A stretch of DNA of 64,000 nucleotides, from assembly GCA_037305845.1 (NCBI GenBank), contig CP147778.1, positions 1,376,001-1,440,000 of the forward strand, read 5' to 3'. Shown in pieces: positions 57,267 through 64,000 of this stretch. This stretch comes from Candidatus Freyarchaeum deiterrae. GTDB lineage: Archaea > Asgardarchaeota > Jordiarchaeia > Jordiarchaeales > Jordiarchaeaceae. Each line of letters begins with the position of its first letter. The first letter of the stretch is position 1. The notes under the pieces are model-generated. The model saw only the letters and a list, made by a program, of their open reading frames with translations, was not told where the DNA came from and made no database searches. A program made the translations under genes and the position numbers.

Positions 57267-57548
57267 TTAAGCTAATTTTATTTCGGTTCCAATAGCTTGT
57301 CCTGGTAGACCGTGTTTGAAGTGGGCGCTTACTACGCCGTTTTTACCGTGAATCTTCGTGATTTTTCCTCTCATCTCTTTCCCTGAAGTGGTTTTCCATA
57401 TTACTGTTTTACCAATAAATTTGGCGGCTTCTTTGTCAGAATCGATTCCCTGTATCTTGATTAGCATGTATTTGTTTCTTTGGGTTCGTATTCCGTGGAC
57501 GTAATTTAAGATGGAACATTTTCTTCCGATAACTGTCTTGTCAGACAT
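57267..57548 (-). CDS. rpl35ae: 50S ribosomal protein L35Ae (eL33)
   Basis: 'LIKIQG...A.KFIGKTV.W...GKITKIHGKNGVV.A.F...LPGQAIG'. Confidence 0.9.
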   Translation of the reverse strand: MSDKTVIGRKCSILNYVHGIRTQRNKYMLIKIQGIDSDKEAAKFIGKTVIWKTTSGKEMRGKITKIHGKNGVVSAHFKHGLPGQAIGTEIKLA

Positions 57549-57810
57549 TTTTAGCACCTTCACACGATGGTTTCTAGGGTAAATTAGCAGCGTCCTCTAA
57601 AAAGGATTATGGTTAATTCTGTACATGCGTCACATAAATATGTATTATTTTTTGAATTAGAATTTTTAAATATTTGGTTTGAGTTACAATCAAAATTAAA
57701 ACAAGTGGCAAATCGGTAATCATAGTTTATTTTTGCTTTGAGTTAGTGTATTTGCGAAACATTTAATACCATGTTTATGTTAATGGTGGAATACTATTGT
57801 AAGGTGGTTT

Positions 57811-57882
57811 GGATTTGGTGATGCCCTGCCAATATCTAATGACTGGACTTGGATGTGGTGGTTCGGTGATGCCCTGCCAAAC
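57811..57882 (+). promoter_or_regulatory. Tandem hairpin / 16-bp direct repeat in the leader of the asd-aro operon
   Basis: GGTGATGCCCTGCCAA at 57817..57832 and 57865..57880; each copy can fold with the loop ATGCCC. Confidence 0.5.
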
Positions 57883-58050
57883 ATGCTTTTAAGTCTACAC
57901 CATATTGCTTTTTTTAGTTTGAATTCGATTTTCAGAGAGTGCAAAATTAAAATGCTGCTTTTAGAGGGAATGAACTGTGAATGCAGATGAGGGTATAGTA
58001 GTTAAATTTGGAGTTTGTGTCTGAATTAAAAAGAAACTGGAGGTTAAAGA

Positions 58051-59127
58051 TTGAAGAAGATAGACGTGTCAATTTTGGGTTGCACCGGTACGGTCGGTCA
58101 AAGATTAATAGAGATGCTTTCTAACCATCCCTGGTTCAACATTGTCTCTATCGCGGCTTCGGAGAGATCATCTGGTAAAACTTACAGAGATGCTGCGGTA
58201 AACTGGTATTTGCCAGAGGATATTCCTAAAGATTTGGGAGATATGATGGTGGTTAATACTGATCCAAGTGAGGCCGCAGCTCCTCTTGTTATTTCTGCTC
58301 TGCCTTCGGATGTAGCTAAAGACGTGGAAAGGAAATTCGCTGAGTCGGGTTGTGTGGTTGAGAGTAAGGCTAGTGCCTATAGGATGGAAAAGGACGTCCC
58401 CCTGATTATCCCTGAGGTAAACCCGGATCATGTTAAACTATTAGACGTTCAAAAAGAGAATCGGGAATGGGACGGATGCATAGTTACCGATCCCAATTGT
58501 ACGGCTATGGGTTTGATTATGGTTCTCAAGCCCATTCACGACCGTTTCAAACTTGATACAGTATACGTAAGCACGATGCAAGCTATTTCTGGAGCGGGTC
58601 TTCCCGGTGTACCCGGACTACTGATCACTGATAACGTGATACCGTTCATTAAAGACGAAGAGCAAAAAGTGATGAATGAAACTCGTAAAGTTTTAGGCAA
58701 AATTGAGAATAAGCAGGTTAAGTTAGCAGATTTCAAAATAGCGGCTTCATGTAACAGAGTCCCAGTGGTTGAGGGACACACTGAAACCGTTTTCATTAAA
58801 ACCAAAGAACCCGCGAACGTTGAAGAAGTTAAAAAATTGCTCAGAGAGTTTAAAGGCGAACCCGCAAAACTGGGTTTACCTAATGCGCCCAAAAACCCGA
58901 TAATAGTTAGAGATGAAATAGATAGACCTCAGCCACGTTTAGACCGTGATGCAGGCACTGTTCCAGGGATGAGCGTGACTGTTGGAAGAATAAGACCGGG
59001 TTTCGACGAGAATTCATTACTCTTGACGCTTGTTAGTCACAATACCATTAGAGGCGCGGCGGGAAACGCGGTGCTTAACGCGGAACTCCTTTACGCGAAA
59101 AATCTTCTGGGAGGCTCAAGAAATTGA
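58051..59127 (+). CDS. asd: Aspartate-semialdehyde dehydrogenase
   Basis: [28 protein letters not shown] and HNTIRGAAG. Confidence 0.95.
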   Translation: MKKIDVSILGCTGTVGQRLIEMLSNHPWFNIVSIAASERSSGKTYRDAAVNWYLPEDIPKDLGDMMVVNTDPSEAAAPLVISALPSDVAKDVERKFAESGCVVESKASAYRMEKDVPLIIPEVNPDHVKLLDVQKENREWDGCIVTDPNCTAMGLIMVLKPIHDRFKLDTVYVSTMQAISGAGLPGVPGLLITDNVIPFIKDEEQKVMNETRKVLGKIENKQVKLADFKIAASCNRVPVVEGHTETVFIKTKEPANVEEVKKLLREFKGEPAKLGLPNAPKNPIIVRDEIDRPQPRLDRDAGTVPGMSVTVGRIRPGFDENSLLLTLVSHNTIRGAAGNAVLNAELLYAKNLLGGSRN

Positions 59128-59906
59128 GAGGAAAAGAAGTTAGGTTGAAACGAATAATAAAAAACGGCAAATCTGTTGTAGTTCCCATGGATCATGGAGT
59201 TACTAATGGTCCCATAAAGGGTTTAGAGAACATAAGGGAAATGGTTGAACTGGTTACACGAGGTGGAGCAACTGCAGTTTTACTTCACAAGGGTATACTA
59301 AGACAGCTAGAAAAGGTACCAGACTGCGGATTAATAATGCATCTCTCAGGAAGCACCGCTTTAGGCCCAGATCCCAATTGGAAAGTTATTGTTGGAACGG
59401 TAGAAGAAGCAGTTAAACTGGGTGTGGATGCGGTTTCCGTACACATTAACGTAGGTAGCGAAAAAGAAAATGAAATGTTAAGGGACCTCGGTCATATATC
59501 AGAAGACTGCGAGAATTGGGGAATGCCTCTAATCGCTATGATGTATCCCCGTGGAAAAAACATCGATGCGTTGGATCCCAAAGCAATTGCTCATATTTCA
59601 AGACTAGGTGCAGAACTCGGAGCAGACATAATAAAAACTCCATTTACTGGAAACGTCAGCACTTTCGAGAAAGTGGTTGAGGGGTGTCCGGTGCCCATTA
59701 TTATTGCTGGAGGTCCTAAGACAGAGACAGACCGCGAAGCTTTACAGATGGTTAAAGATTCTATGGATGCAGGAGCCGTAGGTGTGGCGATGGGAAGAAA
59801 CGCGTTTCAACATGAAAAACCAATGGCTATTGTGAGGGCAGTTTCAGAAATAGTGAAAAATGGAATTTCCGTTGAGGAAGCCTTAGAAATTTTGGAGTCT
59901 ACATAG
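59124..59906 (+). CDS. aroA': 2-amino-3,7-dideoxy-D-threo-hept-6-ulosonate synthase (class I aldolase family)
   Basis: [24 protein letters not shown] and GRN.FQ; lies between asd and aroB'. Confidence 0.85.
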   Translation: MRGKEVRLKRIIKNGKSVVVPMDHGVTNGPIKGLENIREMVELVTRGGATAVLLHKGILRQLEKVPDCGLIMHLSGSTALGPDPNWKVIVGTVEEAVKLGVDAVSVHINVGSEKENEMLRDLGHISEDCENWGMPLIAMMYPRGKNIDALDPKAIAHISRLGAELGADIIKTPFTGNVSTFEKVVEGCPVPIIIAGGPKTETDREALQMVKDSMDAGAVGVAMGRNAFQHEKPMAIVRAVSEIVKNGISVEEALEILEST

Positions 59907-59908
59907 CA

Positions 59909-60991
59909 ATGAAGAGAATAATAATAAGTTTAAAGGATAATTGGGAAGAAGCAAAGGAGTTAGCGGTAACCTCAATGACTTGTGGAATAAACACTTTCAT
60001 AGCGGATGAATCAATCATACCTCAACTCAGGGAATTAGGCTCTGTGACCGTTTTCTCTTTTTCAAAGAATGCTAAACCCGATGTGCTACTTACCACCGAA
60101 ATAAGCCCTGAAAAAATTTCCAAAGTTATGGAATATGAAAAAAGCGTCTCATGCTGGGTAAAAATTAAAACAAAGAAGGACGAGCAAACGGTGTTAGAAC
60201 TCTCAAAAAGAGGTGTTCCATACATTATTGTAGAAGCTGAGGATTGGAAGATAATACCCCTAGAAAACTTGATAGCAGAACTTCACAAATCTGAAACAGA
60301 ATTATACGCTGAAGCGGAAAGTAGCGAGGAAGTGAAGACCCTCTTTCAAACTCTAGAACTTGGTGTAGATGGAGTAGTTTTTACACCACAAACGGCAAGT
60401 GAAATATCTGAACTAGGGAAAATAATTGAGATGCCTACAAAACTTGATTTGGTTCCAGCAAGAGTCATCGAAGTAAGTGAAGTGGGTTCGGGAGATCGGG
60501 TCTGCATAGATACCTGTTCACTCCTAAGGAAAGGCGAAGGGATGCTAGTAGGCAGTCAATCACAGGGGTTGTTTCTTATCCATAGTGAAACCCTTGAAAC
60601 AGAATTTGCCTCCTCCAGACCATTCAGAGTAAACGCGGGAGCTGTCCACGCTTATGTATTGATGGTGGACAGGAAAACAAAATATCTCTCGGAGCTGGAG
60701 GCCGGAGATAATGTACTTGCAGTTGATTATCTGGGTGTTTGCAGAGAAGTCGTAGTTGGTCGTGTAAAAATAGAAAAAAGGCCTTTACTTCTCATAAAGG
60801 CAAAAATAGATGAGGGAAAAATAGTCCTAAAAACTTTGGTTCAAAACGCTGAAACGGTGAATATAGTAAACAAGGAGGGAAAGCCAGTTTCAGTAGCGAA
60901 GTTGAAACCAGGAGACGAAATACTAGTTTATACTATTACTGGTGGTCGACATTTTGGAAAAACCGTGGAGGAAACAATAATAGAACGATAA
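59909..60991 (+). CDS. aroB': 3-dehydroquinate synthase II
   Basis: WKIIPLENLIA, GDRVCIDT, RPFRVNAG, GRVKIEKRP, QNAET and GRHFG. Confidence 0.92.
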   Translation: MKRIIISLKDNWEEAKELAVTSMTCGINTFIADESIIPQLRELGSVTVFSFSKNAKPDVLLTTEISPEKISKVMEYEKSVSCWVKIKTKKDEQTVLELSKRGVPYIIVEAEDWKIIPLENLIAELHKSETELYAEAESSEEVKTLFQTLELGVDGVVFTPQTASEISELGKIIEMPTKLDLVPARVIEVSEVGSGDRVCIDTCSLLRKGEGMLVGSQSQGLFLIHSETLETEFASSRPFRVNAGAVHAYVLMVDRKTKYLSELEAGDNVLAVDYLGVCREVVVGRVKIEKRPLLLIKAKIDEGKIVLKTLVQNAETVNIVNKEGKPVSVAKLKPGDEILVYTITGGRHFGKTVEETIIER

Positions 60992-61040
60992 AAGTTGACT
61001 AAAGGTAAAGAGTTACCCAGATCTTTTAAGTTAAGAGTTA

Positions 61041-61529
61041 TTATCTTTTGTCTTTAAGGTTCAATATAATAGGTTTAAGTTCAAGTTTTTTGTATGCTTC
61101 TTTAATGAACTCTAAATTTTCACTGGGTTTTTTGCCTAGGTAAAGTAAATGGCTCACGCAGTCTCTTTCGCAGTCACTGGCACCAAATTTTCTGCATACC
61201 ACTTTTGCATTTTCTTTAAGCTCTCTCACCACATCATGCTCCTTATTTTCAGCAGCTTTCGCAAAAACTACACCTAAAACTTTGGAGAACTCATGTGAGA
61301 GGAGGTAGTCAATATGCCAGAATTTCTTCTTTTTATTAGAAAGATGCCTCGTTATTCTACCCATTAGACCGCTAGCGCCCTTTCCCATAGCGGAACCGGT
61401 GTATACATAAAATCCAGCGGGAAAGGTAATTTTCCCAAGTTTACCTATCTGAATCAGCGTCTCAGTCTCAAGCTCTATTAGTAGGGAGTAAACACCTTTC
61501 TGGTCAGCTCTAGTAAACATTGTTGTCAC
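61041..61529 (-). CDS. GIY-YIG/Uri superfamily endonuclease (DUF123)
   Basis: GVY, YVYTGSA, RH, WHIDYL and FGASDC..C.SHL. Confidence 0.88.
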   Translation of the reverse strand: MTTMFTRADQKGVYSLLIELETETLIQIGKLGKITFPAGFYVYTGSAMGKGASGLMGRITRHLSNKKKKFWHIDYLLSHEFSKVLGVVFAKAAENKEHDVVRELKENAKVVCRKFGASDCERDCVSHLLYLGKKPSENLEFIKEAYKKLELKPIILNLKDKR

Positions 61530-61878
61530 TAATCTTTAATTAATAGGAGAAGAGGGAGTATTTTGAAGCGTGTTGAGAGATTTCCCGTCTCAGCGTAACT
61601 ATAATCAATCATCCCTAAAGGTCATTCTTGCCGGTTTGCTTCATCGATTTCGGGTATTCTCAAAATTACTGTTTTTTCTATAATAGAGTATCTTAAAGCT
61701 GATTAAATCTTTTCTGACTAGGATTCAATTTGGTAAACAGTTTTTTATGAAAAATATTTAACGGGGTTCAGTCTTTAAAGTTAGATATAACTTCTGATTT
61801 CTCTATTTTTTTGTAAAACTTTAAATGTTTTAATGTTCTTATTCTTAACTTAGCAGAAGTTTTTTAGGAGATATTGGG

Positions 61879-63285
61879 ATGCAAAAGGAAAATCGTTCTG
61901 GAGCAAATAACACAGAATCTGCTAGTTTCTTCTCTATTGACCTGCTACGTAGAGGTCTTAGTAGTTTAGAGTCTAATGTGGAAGATGTTAGACTCGGATT
62001 GGACGCCTCCATTTCGGGTAGTTTGGAAAATTTGAAAGAGAATGTTCTCAATATGGGAGACGAAGTGAGTCAACGTGTTGTTTCCAAGATTCATATTCAA
62101 TTTGCTTCAGAACTAATTAAGAACACCTTTGTTGACACCGTATCGGAAGTCGTTGAAGAGATAAGAGATCAAGCGATACGTAACCTCTCTGATGCCACCG
62201 AAAAAGAAACGCTACTTTTTAGAGAAGGTATAAACAAGTTCGCTAATGATTTTCTCGGTGTCCTTCAGAAAGAGCAGGAAAGAGTAAAGTTGACAATGAG
62301 TCAGTTTGATCAACAACTTGTAGAAAAAGAGAATACATTAAAAGAGAGAGCTCGAATTCTTTCAGAGAGTGAAAAAGCACTCGAAACAACCAACACTCAA
62401 CTAGCAGCGAGAAGCAAAGAACTAAAAGATAAAGAAAAAGAATTGAACGCAAGAAGAGACGAACTAGAAAGAGCAAGAACCGAACTAGAAAGAGCAAGAA
62501 CGGAATTAGAGTCGACAAACAGAGAGCTATCAACCCTCCAAAGGACACTCGAAAGGGAAAGAACGAGGTCGGGTGAATTAGAGGGAAAATTGGAGGGGGC
62601 CCGACATGAGTTATCCAAGTTTGATGGTCAGATAAGAAATCTAGAGGGCATGGTTAAAGAAAGAGACGCCTTTATAGCGGAAGGCGTAAACATGATTAAA
62701 ATCAAAGAGAGAGAAGTTGATAGGCTAAAAACGCTAATTGAGGATAGGCGTAAAGACGTAGAATACAAGGAGCAAAGACTAAGAGAAGGACGGAAATTAA
62801 TCGAACAATTAGAAGAAGAAGCAAATGGAATACGAGCGGAGATCGAGGAACTGAAAAAGGATGAGGAAGCCAACGCTGACATCATCAGAGAAAAAGAAAG
62901 TAGTTTACATCTTAAGGAAGCGGAAATAGACTCTTTAAAGTCTGAGATACAGATAATCGAAAAACAAGTATTTGTAGGTAAGGACGAACTAGAAGCGCAA
63001 GTCAAAGAGTATGAGTCAAAGACCAAAGAATTAGAAAAAATGAAAGAAGAGCTAGAAAGAGAAAAGAAGGCTCGCGAAGAACAATTAGAGAAATACCGAG
63101 GAGCCATGACACTTGATCCCAGATTTAAAATATACTTCATAGTTGAGAGCATCAAGAAAATATCTATTGAAAACTTAATCAAATCCACAGGAATAGTTCC
63201 AGCACAAGTACGACTTAACCTTGCCTGGCTTGAAAGAGCGGGAATGGTAAAAGTAGAAGGAAATATGGTACTCGTCGCAAAATAA
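61879..63285 (+). CDS. Long coiled-coil protein with a C-terminal winged helix
   Basis: Heptad E/K/L-rich central region; C-terminal 'ISIENLIKSTG...VRLNLAWLERAGMVKVEG'. Confidence 0.75.
   Translation: MQKENRSGANNTESASFFSIDLLRRGLSSLESNVEDVRLGLDASISGSLENLKENVLNMGDEVSQRVVSKIHIQFASELIKNTFVDTVSEVVEEIRDQAIRNLSDATEKETLLFREGINKFANDFLGVLQKEQERVKLTMSQFDQQLVEKENTLKERARILSESEKALETTNTQLAARSKELKDKEKELNARRDELERARTELERARTELESTNRELSTLQRTLERERTRSGELEGKLEGARHELSKFDGQIRNLEGMVKERDAFIAEGVNMIKIKEREVDRLKTLIEDRRKDVEYKEQRLREGRKLIEQLEEEANGIRAEIEELKKDEEANADIIREKESSLHLKEAEIDSLKSEIQIIEKQVFVGKDELEAQVKEYESKTKELEKMKEELEREKKAREEQLEKYRGAMTLDPRFKIYFIVESIKKISIENLIKSTGIVPAQVRLNLAWLERAGMVKVEGNMVLVAK
62461..62502 (+). repeat. 21-bp tandem coding repeat (ELERART twice)
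   Basis: gaactagaaagagcaagaac occurs twice in tandem. Confidence 0.8.
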
Positions 63286-63342
63286 TATCTTTTAAACACA
63301 AGAACTCAAGTAGTTAGAATTTACTAAATTTGGTGGCAGTCT

Positions 63343-63504
63343 TTAGCAATCACAATTTAGACATAAGTGTTTACCGCAAAATTCACAGACTGTGCTATGT
63401 GTAATGCATACGGGGCGCCCGCAATCTTCGCAGTAATGTTCTGTTTTTTCATGGCAGATATAGCACAGGTCTTTTTCAGCTACTGTTTCATAGACTGCTA
63501 CCAT
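63343..63504 (-). CDS. Small Cys/His-rich zinc-finger protein (53 aa, B-box/AN1-like)
   Basis: MVAVYETVAEKDLCYICHEKTEHYCEDCGRPVCITHSTVCEFCGKHLCLNCDC; RBS AGGTGA upstream. Below the ORF-track cutoff. Confidence 0.75.
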   Translation of the reverse strand: MVAVYETVAEKDLCYICHEKTEHYCEDCGRPVCITHSTVCEFCGKHLCLNCDC

Positions 63505-63757
63505 TCTTACTTTCACCTTTAATTAAGTAGGTTCTAAAAAGATATTTTAAAATAGTGTACCAAAAGGAACACGAATCTTCCGGAATGATTCAAGTATAAC
63601 ATTAGCAACCGTAATCTTTTTGGGGAAGAGTAAAAGATATCAATTAATAGGGAAAGCCGAGAAAAAGAGAGTAACTTTTTCCAAGTTTCCTTTAAAGAAA
63701 ATTACTTAAGCGTTGAATTAGTTAATTAACTTATATGTTTCGTAAAGGGTGAGTTTT

Positions 63758-64000
63758 ATGCCTATTGATATGTCTCAGGTTAAGAAGATCCTTGGAACGC
63801 ACATAATTGATAATTACGGTCTTGTTTTCAGATTACGCAAATTGGATCTGGATGGAGGTTATTGGAAAGCGATATTTGGGTATCAACACATGGCTCTTGG
63901 AAAATATATTGGAGATGTGGGAGAAATAAGGGTAGATGCCAAAACCGGGAAAGTTATAGCGGCCCCGAGCAAAGAAGAAGTTAGAAGCAAGGTTCTTGAT
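63758..64000 (+). CDS. Partial CDS, PepSY-like hypothetical protein (runs off the window)
   Basis: RBS GGGTGA, then MPIDMSQVKKILG...EIRVDAKTGKVI. Confidence 0.6.
   Translation, partial: MPIDMSQVKKILGTHIIDNYGLVFRLRKLDLDGGYWKAIFGYQHMALGKYIGDVGEIRVDAKTGKVIAAPSKEEVRSKVLD

Noticed and set aside
57817-57880. Possible mini-CRISPR (16-bp repeat twice with a 32-bp spacer)
   Set aside because: The repeat is too short, there are only two copies and no cas genes nearby; a leader RNA or operator fits better.

Overview
A 64 kb window of an archaeal chromosome, very probably Asgard. Support for that: a two-domain gelsolin, a Rab-like GTPase, a PCI-like protein, eL33/L35Ae, single-chain Rpo2, archaeal LeuRS and methanogen-type SerRS. 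Most of the window is housekeeping or metabolic: glpK-glpABC, acyl-CoA dehydrogenase, leuS, serS, nikR, two TrxR-like genes, meaB-cobO, cooC, ogg, rpl23, rpo2, a GPN GTPase and asd-aroA'-aroB'. It also holds a large repeat-rich surface protein and an AT-rich accessory island (~22.2-30.8 kb) of nuclease-like and winged-helix/PLD-like genes. The most striking signal is an RNA gene cluster at 50.08-51.50 kb that the ORF track misses. First, a 5S rRNA gene is encoded in circularly permuted order, with the 3' half first. It is enclosed by a bulge-helix-bulge (BHB) splicing motif whose cleavage and ligation would regenerate the conserved CCGAACACGGA|AGUUAAG segment and give a 122-nt circle. Second, three tRNA genes (Trp, Asp, Lys) carry eight BHB-type introns, seven at non-canonical positions; the canonical Trp intron is a box C/D guide. 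Other notable items are sharp A+C to G+T compositional switches inside genes, a Rab-M20 peptidase fusion, a tandem-hairpin leader before the aromatic pathway operon, and a Nudix gene bounded by 21-bp direct repeats. All calls come from reading the sequence by eye; no searches were run.
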